Shown: positions 26,579 to 40,358 of the stretch, piece after piece | Layout: each line of letters starts with the position of its first letter | Numbering within the stretch: position 1 is the first letter of the stretch | Assembly (NCBI RefSeq): GCF_006345805.1 | Contig: NC_043020.1 | Coordinates: 30,132,001 to 30,196,000 of the forward strand | Length of the DNA stretch: 64,000 nucleotides | Source of the DNA: Octopus sinensis | Lineage: Eukaryota | Direction: 5' to 3' | Made by a program: the position numbers and the translations under genes | Notes under the pieces: model-generated | Seen by the model: the letters and a program-made list of their open reading frames with translations, nothing else | The model's database searches: none | What the model was told of the DNA's origin: nothing

Positions 26579-26878
26579 TATTATTGCACAGCACTTCGGG
26601 CAAGTTTCTTCTCCTGGACTGACCAATGGCTTGTGAGTGAATCTGGAAGACGGAAACTGCGTGGATGTGTGTGTGTGTGCGTGCGTGTGAATTTCTTTGT
26701 GTCGGTCGCCCCGGTGTTACTTTGTTTCCGTTCCCGTAGCTTAGCGATTCAGCAAAAGAGAGTGACAGAGTAAGTACTACACTTCAAAAATAAGTACTGA
26801 GTCTACTTGCCGGACTAAACCTTTAAAGGTGATGCCCCAGCATGGCCGCAGTCTAATGACTGAAACAAAAGATAAAAG

Positions 26879-26922
<44 letters not shown>

Positions 26923-28809
26923 CGTGCTCTTTTGAATCTTAAGGATTTCTCTTTTACAGAACAAGTTCAAATATGTTGTCATTGTTTAAATTTAGGTCAG
27001 CGCTAACCTAGTAGATCAGTAATCAAAGATATTCCAACCGTGACCACCTGGTTAACCTATAAACAACTACGAACAACAGGACTATATTCTTCCGATATCT
27101 CTCATTCCGCATTCCAGACGATAGACTACAACTTGAGGGAGATCTGGCTACTACTTCTAGCAGGTTGAACCACAGTCTACAGAGGCTGCTTCTTTGGCTC
27201 CTACTGGAAAATATAAAAACTATTAGCGTAGGTAATTATAAATTATAATCATTAATTAAAATCATTATCAGGACGGCGAACTGACTCAATCGTTAGTGTC
27301 GAACAAGACGCTTTGATAGTATTTTTTCTGACCCTTTACATTTTGGTTTCAAATCACACAGAGACCACACCTTTGCCTTTCTTCTCAAAGGGGTCAATAA
27401 AATAAAGTATCAGTCAAGCCCTGGGGTCGATGTAATCGACTCACGCACCACCTCCAAATTTTCTGGCCTTGTTCCCAAATTAGAAGCCATTATAGAAGTC
27501 AGCCGTCTGCTATGCGTTTTACTCATTTCCGAAGAATTCCGAACATCGAGTTTTCAGACAGCGGGAATCATGTTGTTTTTTAGGCCCCTAATCCGCTCTG
27601 ATTACAGCGAAGTTCCATAATGAAAGACATGCCCATGTCATGGAGAAGCCGTCATTTTGTCAATTCGATATCCCTTTCCTTTTATTATATTCTTTTTAGG
27701 ACGATAGGATGTGATTTGAGGGGATATTTGACTACTATTTCTAACAGATCGAGCAACCACGTAGAGGTTCCCCAGTTGGTTCGTAAATTAATGTATTAAA
27801 TTTTAGCTGTCAGCCTCGTCCAAGACCATCAAAGCCCTCCCTCGGTTGTAAATCAGAATTCAAGGGCAGGACAAATGAACGAGAGAAGAAATAGCACCGA
27901 CTGGGGGTTTTTATGTTTGTTTTTGTTTATTTTTTTAATATCTTGTCTGTCTTTTGTCCGGTAGTTTAAAGTCTTACGTTCGAATCCGACTTGGACTTGT
28001 CCCGGAAATTAGACAAAAAAGACAATAACAACAACAACAACAACGATGATGATGATAATAATAATAATAATAATAATAATAATATAATAATAATAATAAT
28101 AATAAAATGTATTATTTCTGCTTTGACATTTCTCTGTAATTTTAAACAACATCGATTCAGGAAGGAAGGAAAGAAGGAAGGTAGGAAGGAAGGTGCTGAA
28201 GGGTATCGCAAGTTTGGCCGTCCCCTTTTACACACAGACACGACCTTTGCAACCGACCTTTGTGGCCGACTTCAATAAAAAACCTGACGTTGTTGTTTAT
28301 TAGTTGGCTTTTTTTTTTTAAACAATCGCAGTTATTCAAGTTTGGTTAAAAGTATTAATGAGTAAATAAATGAGGATTTATGAAAATTAATTCTAAACAC
28401 AAATTTACTGCATTCCTTCAATCTGAATGACTCATCGTTCAGCTTAAATTCGCGACTTTTTAAAAAAATATTTATATAATTTATCTTCACATAGTTTTCC
28501 ATAACCTCCACGAATTTATTAATTATCAACTCTAATAATTATACAAATTGTGTCACGATTTACTTATTAATTTTAATAAGTTTAAATTCCCGTTTTTATT
28601 GTCAGATTTTTATTTCCCAGATTTTATTTCTCGTTTATTTATTATTTTTTTCTCCATTCTTTTCAGATAATTTAACTTAATTACAACAAAGGGAAGACGA
28701 GAGCAAAGGAAAGAATGTTAATAATATTTCATTTAGATGGGAACTTTTGATCGTTTAACGGAGGTTAATAAAATAAAAGTGTTCGAAAGGAGAATGACAC
28801 AAAAATTAT

Positions 28810-29790
28810 TGATCGTTTATTAAAAAGAAGGAAAAAGTAGGTAAGTCGGGAGGAAAGTAAGAAAAAATTGAAACAACCAGGAAGAGAGAGAAATAGAGAA
28901 AGAAGGGAGTGAGGGAGAAAGAGAGAAAGAAAGGGTCTGAGTGATAGTGAAGGGGAAAGAGAAAGAGAGAAAGAAAAAACGCTAAGCTGAGTGAGAGTAA
29001 GAGGATGGGAAGAACGAGAGAGTAGAAAATAGAAGGAGGAAAAAATAAGAGGAAGAGGGAAGAGTGTAGAAAAAATAAGGAAGAGAAAGATAAAGGATAG
29101 ATCGAGATACGAAGTGGGAGGAGAGAAAGAATAGAAGAATAAAAGGAGTGAAAAAGAAAGGGTAACAAAAATGAGATCGAGTAAGGTGGAAGGAGGAGCA
29201 ATGGAGTAGGAGAGATAATCGGATAAGAAAGAGAAAGAGTAGCGAAATATAGGGAGTGAGGCAGCGGCGGTAGGAGGAATAAAGTAAGAGAAAGAAGGGG
29301 AGGAGAGAAAGAGAAGGTATTAAAAAAAATGCAGACCGAGTAAAGTAGCAGGAGGAGTAAAATAGTATGAAGAATAAGGGGGGGGAGAAAGAGGCAGGAG
29401 AGCAGAATTGAGAGTGAGTAAGGGAGTAGCAGGAGACATAACCGGGTGAGAAAGAGAAAGGGTAGAAAAATTGAGAGAGTGGGACAGCGAAAGGAGTAAT
29501 AGAGTAAGAGAAATAAGGGGATGAGAAAGGGGAAAGGTAGCCAAGTTGAGAGTGGGTGAAGTAGCAGGAGGCGAATAAGAGTGAGAGAAAAAGAGAAAGG
29601 GTAGGAGAATTGAGTAAAGGGGGGGGTGAGAGCAAGAGAGTGAGAGGAATAAAGGGTGAGAAAAAGAAAAAAAGTAAAAAAATATAAAACTATAACAAAA
29701 AAAAAGCCCGGCCAGACCGAGGGAAGTATAGGAGAGAAGGAGAGAGGAGGAGGAGTATAGAAGGACGAGGAAGGAGGAGGACGGTGTGTA
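28810..29790. repeat. ~1-kb polypurine (G/A) low-complexity tract
   Basis: Plus strand almost devoid of C; this yields stop-free L/S/F/P ORFs on the minus strand. Confidence 0.9.
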
Positions 29791-29963
29791 ATTGTTAGAC
29801 AGGTGCTCATCCATTGAACATCGCGTAGAAAACGGAGAGCAATGGCGGTAGTTAGTTGGTAGCAGTGGAAGGTTGTTTGTTGTTGTTTTTGGTACTGTGT
29901 TAGTAGTAGTAGTGAACTGTTGTTTTTAGTAGGCCAACCAACCAGCCAACTAGCCAGTAAGTG

Positions 29964-30000
<37 letters not shown>

Positions 30001-33000
30001 ATATATTTATCCGCCACATACATAGATATATCCGCCACATACATAGATATATCTGCCACATATATATCTACGTGTGTCTGGTGTCGCCCGATCATTTCTC
30101 GCCACGGGAGGAGGAAGAAGACGATGATGACGACGACAAAACAGCAACGATGATGACTGCTCTATCTCTGTGAGTGAGTGTGAGTGAATGGTGTGTATCT
30201 ATTATAGTATTTCACATTGGTTTTTGGTGGCCGCTGCGATGATGGCGGTAGTCGCAGTCGCCATCGTCGCTTCCAACATCACACACAACAAATTCGTTCC
30301 AACTTGCTCTCATTGTTGTTATTTATTTGCCCTCCTTGCTTGCTTTCTCGCTTCCCTCTTTTGCTTCTTTTCCGCAAACCAAATTCTGCCAGCAATTCCG
30401 CAGCTGCCCCTCACCAAAGAAGTATGGATAACCACTAACACAAATACATATATTATGGAGAGAAAAAAACCAGGAGAGGAAATCGTCGACTTCTTCCCAT
30501 TTTCTCTCGATTTCTTTTTAAAGAAGTCTTCCAACAATTAAAAACAAAACCCAAACATCTCCACAATGCATCAACAATACATACATCCACACATCCAAAC
30601 ATATATATTCTTCCCTGGTCTATTACGACCTCATAAAATTATCTAGTCACCTCTATATTCCCATAAGATATAATTAATATATAATTGTTATATATGTAGT
30701 ATGTAATATATAATTAATATATAATTGTTATGCCAATGTCTATAATAATATTTGTTAAATGTTCTTTTGCTGTTTTTTTATTATTATTTAACATAATTAA
30801 AAATATTTTGCTTTAATTTCTTTTGTTGAGGCTGTCTACCTACTCCCCCCCTCTGCTCCATATAATTACTGTTTCTTATAAGGAACTGCTTTGTCTGACA
30901 TTGTTTCCACAAATTTAATGCTTTGCACCGTTTCTCTCCATGTTATATACATACATACATATATATTTATATTTATATAATATAATATATTTTGCTATGT
31001 ATGTAGACATACGTGTGTGTGAGTGTGTGTGTGTGTGTAAATATTATTCTTGGTCTCTTTCGATGTGGGTCTGTTTTCTCGGATACAATTCTGCGGCGGT
31101 TTCAGCCTCGTCTCCTCCGCTTCTCTCTCGCATTTCTCCTCAGTTTGTGCCACGATCTGAGCGAGATCTAAGCCCAGACATCATTGTCTGGCAATAACCA
31201 AAACATTTCATGTTGTTCTTTTAGCTCCAGCTCAATCCTGATGGAGCAGACAGATGTAAACTCAAATGCATTCCAGCCATGACCATCCCATCTTCGGAGT
31301 AGAGATGAACTGCTTTTTATCTTCCACTACATTCTCCATTATGTCCTTCCTTCATTAAAAAAAAAGATTTCTTTAATCTTGGGGCATTATTTGGGAGAGG
31401 TCTAGCTGCTATTTCCAGCATGTGGAGTGTCTGCGTCGTGGCTCCCTCGTTGACACAGAGTGACACGCTGCTCTGCACATGTGTGTTGACATCTTTCCGT
31501 TTTGTCTGGAAACACCCTTGCTTCTCCTCTTTCGTCTTTCGTCACTTAACAGACGAGGCCAAGCTGGAGCACCGTATCAGACAAACTCTTCGAAACCCTT
31601 TCTTTATAATCTATCTCCACTATTTATATATTTAATTTCTGGTTGGTGTTCCAAGACGATTCTCTTTAGATTCCACTTTATTTCCTCCCCCTTTTCTATT
31701 TTAATCACAAACCCATCAAAATAGTTTATTTTTGAAAATTATGTAACACCGAGAACAAAATATATTAAACGAACGAGACAAATATTCTTCATGGTTTTAA
31801 AAGAAAATCGAAACGAAATCCTTGGCTAACTAGAAATAGCAGCTTAGTCTCCCTCAAACCAAATCCCATCCACTTAGGACGGTTTCTTAAAAAGATGGGA
31901 TGATCCCGTTTTTAATGAATTTTTTTAATCAAAGGTTAATTTAGGGGTTAAACAATGAGGATAAAACCCATTTAAAATTATTTCGTAAGATGTCATGTAT
32001 GAAATTTTGGGGCATATTCGGAATCTCCGTCATCTAAAATCATAGGGAAAAAATTTCAAAAAAGTTAAAAATTCTGAGGGGATGGTCGTGGAGGTGGGGT
32101 TAATTTTTCTTTTTTTCTGCATTAATCGTAATCTCCGACATCTAAAACGTAGGAATCCGAAAATATTTTTCAAAACAAAGCATTTTTTCAAGGAGAGATG
32201 CGAAACTGCATTAGCTCCGAAATTTTTTATTCGCAATCAAAATGTTTTAATTTCAAAATAGATTCATAATTTAATTAGAATAAGAAAAAAAAAAAAATTA
32301 AACTTACTAGATTTTATTGTATAGAAGATGATCTTGTATATTTTTGCTTCTTAAATCATCAAAGCAAATCGTGGGGTTTTGGCGTCCTTGGTAACGTTTT
32401 TATTCTTTCTTTGACATGTCAAGATGAAATCTTTTTGTTTAGCTCTCTTAAATTTTATAGTAAAAAATTGCTCTTAAAAGTAAGTATAATTAAGCCTGAG
32501 TGAGATATATCACACTCTATGTTCAGTGTTTTCTTTGACAATATTTTCCTTAAATTTTCTGTTTGCCCAAACATTTTATGAAAAACCGTTTTAATAAATC
32601 TGATTAAAAAAAAAAAACAAGAAAACGCCAAATCCCTGATTTTTTAAATAAAATCCCTAATTTGAAATTTGTAAATATCCTTCTAACCATTCTTCTCCAT
32701 TGAGGAAGTTGTTCTTAAGACGATGTACTTTGTTTTGCTTCTATGTTCCGACAGCTTATGGATATAAATTTTCTTTTATGAATGGAGTAAAGGCAGTTCT
32801 GTGCCAGTTAAAAAGAAAAAAAACACTCCAGCCTAGTTGTGTGTCTACACAGCATGATGTCGGACCAAAATCTTCCACTCAAGCATTTATAATCATTGCA
32901 ATATTTTTTTTTTACTAGATTTTTGACATTTTAAAAAATGTGACGTTGTTTCTTTAGCTAAAAGGATCTTTTTGCCCTTAAGGTGGATGGAATCCAAGCA

Positions 33001-34819
33001 ACTCTGTCACTCACTTTGAAACTGTTTGATAACATAATTGTAGAGAAATAGAGATTATCTATCTTTTTACGTCCGCTTTTCCATATGGGCATGGGTTAGC
33101 ATTTATAGCCGGTTATTCGTCGTGATAAGCAATAATAACTTGCCTTTTACGACACACAGGGGACACACTATAACTATCCTGAAAACCGGGATACTCAGCA
33201 TATTAAATATTTAACAGATATTTAATATTGCCTGAGTAATGAACTAGAATTTTTTTTTCTTACTATTTTGAAGCGGAAAAAAATCTTGTTTTTTCTACAT
33301 TTGGAATAAGGAAATATTTGAAACTGAGTACAGACATCATTCGAGAACAAGCTGAATGCTAAATCTGTCATTTACAAATGAGGCCTAATAAGACTGGAAC
33401 ATGCCACCTTACTGGTCAGACTCTTACATTTTTATCAAGTTAAATCTTGAGACTGTCCCCTTTACTTTCTTGGCTAGAATTTCTCATAACAATAATGGAC
33501 CGATCTAATTCACCTGTATAAATCTACGTCATTAAATTATATTGGTTTTGATTTCAAATTTTTCATCCTAACTCAGTCTGTGGGGATATAATTATCTCCC
33601 TTCGTATTAATGGCCATCCAGAGGGCGTTACGCATGAATCTAATTTTTTATTAACCAAAAAGTTTTTTGGTTCACTAAAATTATTTAAGAGTTCACTCAG
33701 TTATTTGCTCTGGGAAAAAAAAATAATCTCCATGCTCTTCACTCAGTCTCAGACTGTTTAGTTAAGAAGTTTGCTTCCCAGGCACATAGAGATGTGTGGG
33801 TGCTTTGTGTCTCCTTGTCTTGAGACATTGGTGGTTGCAAATGAGTGTCACTCATTCTGCACAAACATGTCTCACCTTGAGGAAATATTATTTTGCATGG
33901 AAATGGGTGAAGGTTGGCAACAAAATGGGAATCCTGCCATAGAAAATCTGTCTCATGGGTCATGTCCATCTGACCCATGCAAGCATAGAAAAGTAGATGT
34001 TTAAATAATGGTGACGAAGCTATTAAAAAATACAATTATTGGTCAGGAATGAGATAAAAGCCTTGTACAACCCCCCAGTGAAAGCGCTTACAACAGCTCA
34101 AATCTCCTTTTTCTTACTATCTCTAAAACTATAGTGCAGAAAATATCTGTAAGGTGGACCCCTTGTGCAGCATCTTGAGCAGCTGTTCTCTTCTTGGGGC
34201 TCAGATTGACCGATGCCTTGTAAGTGGAAATTAGCAATTGGAAACTTCAGAACCCTGTCATGTCTTTGTGTCTGTTGATGATGTCATCAAAGTAACTTGC
34301 CAGACTGCAATTAGTTGGTATAATTAACTAAAACCCTGATGTTAATACCACAGCATAGCTGCAACCCAATGATTTGAGGCCTGTAAAAAGATAGATACAT
34401 GTATCATCATCGTTAATGTCTATATTCCATGCTGGCATGGATTGGATGGTTTGACAGGAGCTGTCCAGATTCCAATTGTCTGTTGTGGCATGGTTTTTGC
34501 AGAGTGTGCTGGGTGTGTTTACGCAGCCCTGGCACAAAATGCATTTTATGTGGCAAAGGCCAGCAGTTATTGTGGAGAGGCTAAGCTGGTTAAATTGGCC
34601 TCACTGCTCAACTGGTACTTATTGACGAAAGGCAAAGTTGACCTTGCTGGAATTTGAACTCAGAACGTAGCAGCAGACAAAATACCACTAAACATTTTGC
34701 CCGGTGTGCCAATGATTCTGCCAGCTTGCTACTTTGGTGTATATATGTATATAGGTGCATGTGTTGTTAGAAGTTTGCTTCTCAACCACATGGTTCTGGG
34801 TTCAGTCCCACTGTGTGAC

Positions 34820-35150
34820 ACCTTTGGCAACCCTTGTGGCTGATATCCAATGGAGTGTGCTCACCTCATTTTTTTCCACCCTTCACATATGCTCCTGTGT
34901 TCCACTATGATGCTCCATCACAATTCATTCACAACTGTTATACAGTCTACCCTTCATTTGGAGAGAAAATCCCTTCGTTGCCAACATAACAGCTCTCTGA
35001 ACTTTTCCTACCCTTTTTCCTATTCTGGTTGCTATGATTTTGGTGTGGCCACCTCCACTGCTAATTGGGTCACCTAGTCTAAGAGCAGCCACTTCTGTGG
35101 AGCCAAGCCTCCTGCATATTTGAAAGAATTCTTTTGCTGGTGCTGTTATT
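34820..35150 (-). mobile_element. RTE-clade LINE fragment (RT C-terminal part)
   Basis: LGDPISSGGG..IATRIG..LATKGFSLQMKGRLY. Confidence 0.75.
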
Positions 35151-35689
35151 GTTAACAAATTTAGCCCCCCCCCCATGTGTTAATTTTCTTTCTTTCTTTT
35201 TCTCTTTCCGTTAGCTTGCTTGGGGTCACATTACACCTCTTTGTATGCCATTAGTTTAGGAACAGCATATGGAATTCCTTCCCAATTTTTTCTTCTGTTT
35301 ATTAGCCTCTTTCTAAGTGGCAGTGGAACCCTAATCTTCTTTCGGCATTAAATGTCCACTTTTGCCTGCTTGGGGCAGATTTTCTACAACCAGATGCCTT
35401 TCCTGTTGCCAACTCTCATCTCTTTCCAAATAAGGTAATATTTTCCCATAACTAGGTAATGTTTTTCACAGAAGACTGGAAATATGCAGCTTCACTTGTA
35501 TGACTTATACGGTGATAACTTACTACCATCATGTGATGTCTATACAATGACACACAGACACATTCACAATGAGCTTTTTTCAATTTCAATCTATCAAATC
35601 CATTTACAGGGCTTTGGTTTGTTTGAAACTATAGAAGAAGAGACACTTGCCCAAGGTGCTGTGCTGTGGTACTGAACCTAAGATCACAT

Positions 35690-36400
35690 GGTTACCTCAT
35701 AGTTCTTGGCTTTGCTTCCACTTTTAGAATTTCTGTTTTGTCTTTGATGGATTCAACATTGAGAACTAGGTCATTGATATAGGGGAGTTTCCATAACAAC
35801 TGATCGTAAATTTGTTATTGTTTGGAGAACCGTAATGAACAAGGAGAGGGACCGAGAACCCAGCCCTGGTGGACGCCTTGTATGCCAAATTCATCACTGA
35901 CCCGATTGTCAACTCTCACTTTGATGAGATCTCCGTACATGGATTGCACAGTTTTTACAAAGCAGGGACCCCTATCAAAGTTCTTCTCTGGATCAACAGA
36001 TGCCAAGTATAGTAGCTTACTTTAACTAAGAACTTGTAACTGTCTCACTATGAAAAGTGCAACAATAGTGATCACACCTTCCTCTCCCAAGTCTTGTTGG
36101 TTTTGAATTGTCATCAGTGACTCTAACTTTAGTTACTTTCCTAAGTAGGGATGTTGGCCCCTATGTAAACCCATTTTCACCACTGGAAAGAGGTGATCCA
36201 TATTAGTCTGGCCTCTGCCCTTTGACTTGTCCAGCACGGGAGACCATACCAGGAGCTTGCACCCTGCTGGCATATCTGTCGTGGTCACTGAGGCACAGAA
36301 GCCACCACAATGCAACTAGGACTATACCTTGCAGTGAAATACTGCCAAAACTGATAACTCGTTTGTTAGCCTACAGGATGCTGAGTTCATGTCATTCTGT
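35690..36400 (-). mobile_element. RTE-clade LINE fragments (5' UTR, EN, RT)
   Basis: VDPEKNFDR, VQSMY..KVRVDNRVSDEF..GVHQG.VL match RT subdomains. Confidence 0.65.
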
Positions 36401-37243
36401 TGGCACAGCTTGACAAGGTGAGGGCTACCACCATCATTTATCATCTCTACATTGGGAGTCCGTTAAAACCCTTGAAGCCAAGTGAAACGATAGCTGTGGA
36501 TGATGCCAGTGTTGTGTCAGTGGCACCGTGTTTGAGAGAACCTTTGATGCTAAGTGAAATGATGGTTGTGGCTGATGCCAGTGTCACATAACTGGCACCC
36601 ATGCCAGTGGCATGTAAAATGCGCCATTCGAACGTTAGGCCTCACGGAGGCAGTGACAAGTGACAAGACCTTTGGCAATATACCATGCTTGCAAATTCCG
36701 CCAAGGTCAACTTTGACTTTCATCCTTTCAACGTTGATAAATTAAGTACCAGTTATGTACTGGGGTCGATGTAATTGACTGCCCCCCCATCCCCCAAAAT
36801 TTTGGGCCTTGTGCCTAGAGTAGGAAAGAATATACCATTCTTGAGAAAACCTGTCAGCCAAGTGGTAGTCATGGCCAATGCCAGTGTTTCGTATCTGGCA
36901 CCTGTGCCAGTGGCATGTAAAAAGCATCCACTACACTCTTGGTGTTGTTGGCATTTGGAAGGGCATCCAACTGTAGAAACCATGCCAAAGCAGATTGGAA
37001 CTTGGTGCAGCTTTCCAGTTTTCACTCAAACCATCCAACTCATGCCTGCATGGAAAACAAATAATGATGATGAGATATATATATAACCTATGTGTTTGTT
37101 TTTGCTCTGCCCCTTACTGCTCGACAATCTCTTGATTTGTTTATGTTCCTGTAACTTAACAATTAGATTAAAGAAAAAAAAAAGGACCAATAGAGCAAGT
37201 CCTCTACTCCTCAAATAAGTCGGTCAGTTTACTTGACTAAAAC

Positions 37244-37532
37244 CAGGCCTGGCCAACTCGAATTACATTGTGGGCCACTTTAACCAGAGAAAGTTTTTTG
37301 AGGGCCATTTGTATACTTTATGCATAAATAATCAAATTACAGAATCAAGAATTTTTTCCTACTTTTCTTTTGTTTAAAATTATAAAATTTTAGGCTATTG
37401 CTTTATTGCCATTTATAAATCTGAAATTTATTTTGAAATTAAACACAATACTTCAATAAAGTTTCGAACGGACCGCAAGATAAGAGTCTGTGGGCTGCAT
37501 GCGGCTTATGGGCCTCAGGTTTGCCTGCCCTG
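37244..37532. mobile_element. hAT-type MITE
   Basis: TIRs caggcctggccaac / gtttgcctgccctg; flanks gactaaaa(c)/gactaaat resemble a TSD. Confidence 0.6.
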
Positions 37533-38378
37533 GACTAAATCCTTCAAAGCAGCAGTGTGTGGCTATTGTCCAATGAATAAAGCAAGCAAAAGCTATGGGG
37601 CAAATGTGTTTTATATAAGGCAACTCTGTATTGTTAGGAGACAACTGATAGAATGGTGTGATTATGCCACACACACACACACGTGTAAATAGAAACCATT
37701 TATCCTAATTACTTGGATGTGTCTTCATTACTTATACCAGTGATGGCAGCCCCCCCCTTTTTGTTTGTTATTTGAGTGTTGCTTATATGCAGACCTGCAT
37801 TTTAATTTTAGGCAAGTGTCACCTCTATGTATCTTAATTTTTTCCGTTTTTGTATGTATTACCACCTCCTCCATGACACCCCCCCCCACCTCAACAAACT
37901 GAAACTCACCATTGCCTGTGCTCCTATCCATGTTCACTATTCATTGGTTTCTCTTCTCATCTCCACCATCCGTCACTCTCCTTTCACGCATTTCACGTAC
38001 CCACTCATCCATCAAGCCATCCTTGATCCCTTTCTCTTTGCCCCTTGTCTTTCTCCATCCACCTTCTTGTATCTTGAGAGTAAGTCTCGATACCCTCTTT
38101 CTGCTCTCCTTTCTCCTTTCCCTGCTGTGCCTCTTCTACAACAAGACATAATTATATTATAAATTGCTGCAGCATTAAACATCTCTGGAAAATACATATT
38201 TTGGAGGCTGACATGTTGCGTTTTTTAATATACTTTTTCAAATGTAGTAGAGATTTTTTTATTTTCTTTTTTTTAATCAAAAGTTCTATTAAATGTCTCC
38301 TGATGACCAGAAACGTGCCATTGCTTACGTGCACTTCATAGTTTCAGCATAATTTAACATCTGCTAATCTTTCGTATC

Positions 38379-38569
38379 TTAACCCTTTTGCACTTAAACT
38401 GGTCATCATCCAGTCCAAATAGTTTACTTGTTTTATGTTGGAACCAACCAGATCTGGTCTGTCATCAAAATCTCAAAGCCACAACATAAATCCATGATTT
38501 ATTCAATCTAAACAATGTGAATAACTAAGCGTTAGAGTCGAGAGAGTAATGTGAATGCTAAACGCTTAA
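38379..38569. mobile_element. piggyBac-type MITE
   Basis: TTAA-ccctttt...atgctaaacgc-TTAA termini. Confidence 0.6.
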
Positions 38570-39041
38570 ACATTTTGTTTCATGTTTCTTCTCTTTGATA
38601 TGTCTTTTTCTTTTATATTTTTCTTTGTTTTTTTTGTAGGTTTACTATTCGGCACTGTAAAGATCTTGAAGAACTGTTATTCTCCAGATGGATATTGGTA
38701 ATTGAGCCCTTTGTTTGGTGCCCTATTGAATCCAGAGAATCTCTGCAACTAAGAAACTAAACTGCAGTGTATATATATATATATATAGAACAAAAGTGAT
38801 TCCTTTCTGTATCGGAGTGAATATTTCTCTAGAAAGTTCTCCTTCAAATGAATGATGCAGGCCCAATACAACACTGGTCTTCATTCGTATGGTCAGTAAC
38901 GCTCGGGACCTACGTCCAGTTTGCTCCAACACTATAAACCAGCACTTCTTGCTCTCTGCGATATCAGTCATTGTTGCTGTTGTTGTATTACTCTTCTTCC
39001 TATCTTTTTAATACTGCTACTACTACTACTACACTGCAACA

Positions 39042-40169
39042 ATGTGGAGCGTTGATGTTGATTGTCACCAATCCTCCTCCTCCTCACCACCACCGCCGCC
39101 GCCACCACCGCCGCCACCCCCGCCACAAGATGGCACCATGACTAATTACAGTGGCATGAGCCCTTCCAGCTCGGAGCCAACCTCGACAATGCGCATGGTC
39201 AACAGCAAAGGCAAGTCTCTCAACTGCAATTTCTGCGGAAAGTCCTTCCTCTACAGCTCCCACCTTGCCATGCACAAACGCATTCACACTGGTGAGAAGC
39301 CGTTTTCCTGCGACTTCTGCAGAAAGACATTTGCTTATTCATCGCATCTGAAGATGCATGAACGACTGCATACCGGGGAGAAACCGTTCTCCTGCGAATT
39401 CTGTTCAAAGGCTTTTAGTTATTCCTCTCATTTAAAGATGCATAAACGGACACACACGGGCGAAAAGCCGTTTCCGTGTGACTTCTGTGAAAAGACTTTC
39501 TCATATTCTTCGCACTTATCCATGCACAGACGAGTGCACACAGGCGAGAAGCCGTTCACTTGCCAGTTCTGCAACAAGACCTTCAGCTATTCCTCACACC
39601 TCAGAATACACCAAAGAACACACACAGGGGAAAAGCCATTTGTGTGTAATTTCTGTGGATCTGCCTTCGCTCTTTGTGGAACTCTTGTGAAACACAAGAG
39701 AAAGCATGCCAACGCTGCCGACCCGGACTCGGTCGGAATGTCTGGCAGTCAGATGTCTGTCGCCGCAGATAATAAACAACCCATGTACACGACCTGTTCT
39801 AATGGCAGTTGCGGCAGTCTTTGTGTGGCTGCGACAACCTGCTGTGGTGGTGGGGACACCAGCGTTGCCAGCTGCTGCGCTGCTGTCGGCGGCGGCTGCA
39901 ATGCTTCCAGAAGTCGGATAATGGAACAGAACGAGAACACTCGGGAAGCTCTGGCCGTAGCGTCCGAAATAGGAGTCGGCATCAGCATGGCCGCTGAGGC
40001 TGGGGTCAACGTGAAGAGTTTCGGCAAGACACCATCACAGATGGTAAGGAACCATTTACACGGACACGGGCATGCACATGGACACAGCCACGGACACGGA
40101 CACGCGCATAGCCATGGACATAACCATGGACACGGGCATGGAGTTCGTGTGGACAATACACGCCATTGA
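39042..40169 (+). CDS. Intronless C2H2 zinc-finger protein, 375 aa: poly-Pro N-terminus, 6 fingers with TGEKP linkers, Cys-rich segment, His/Gly-rich tail
   Basis: Six CxxC-x12-HxxxH units joined by TGEKP; intact ATG-to-TGA ORF with higher GC than the flanks. Confidence 0.95.
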   Translation: MWSVDVDCHQSSSSSPPPPPPPPPPPPPQDGTMTNYSGMSPSSSEPTSTMRMVNSKGKSLNCNFCGKSFLYSSHLAMHKRIHTGEKPFSCDFCRKTFAYSSHLKMHERLHTGEKPFSCEFCSKAFSYSSHLKMHKRTHTGEKPFPCDFCEKTFSYSSHLSMHRRVHTGEKPFTCQFCNKTFSYSSHLRIHQRTHTGEKPFVCNFCGSAFALCGTLVKHKRKHANAADPDSVGMSGSQMSVAADNKQPMYTTCSNGSCGSLCVAATTCCGGGDTSVASCCAAVGGGCNASRSRIMEQNENTREALAVASEIGVGISMAAEAGVNVKSFGKTPSQMVRNHLHGHGHAHGHSHGHGHAHSHGHNHGHGHGVRVDNTRH

Positions 40170-40326
40170 AGTGTCTCAACATAATAACCCAAGTGACCAA
40201 ATTCTTTTTTCTAAATGTTAGCTGAGAAAACACAATAACCACCACAACCGCAATGCAACGGTCAGTTTACGGACCATTGTCGGTCGTGGGTCATTACTAC
40301 AACCATACATGAAATATATATATATT

Positions 40327-40358
<32 letters not shown>

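Noticed and set aside
28806-29814. Three long minus-strand ORFs (334, 217 and 164 aa)
   Set aside because: They are open only because the pyrimidine-rich strand lacks stop codons; L/S/F/P low complexity in all frames.
38285-38320. CTGATGA-cca-GAAACGTG hammerhead-like string (and CTGATGA..GAAAC at 47846-47900)
   Set aside because: No stem II or no stem I pairing could be built.
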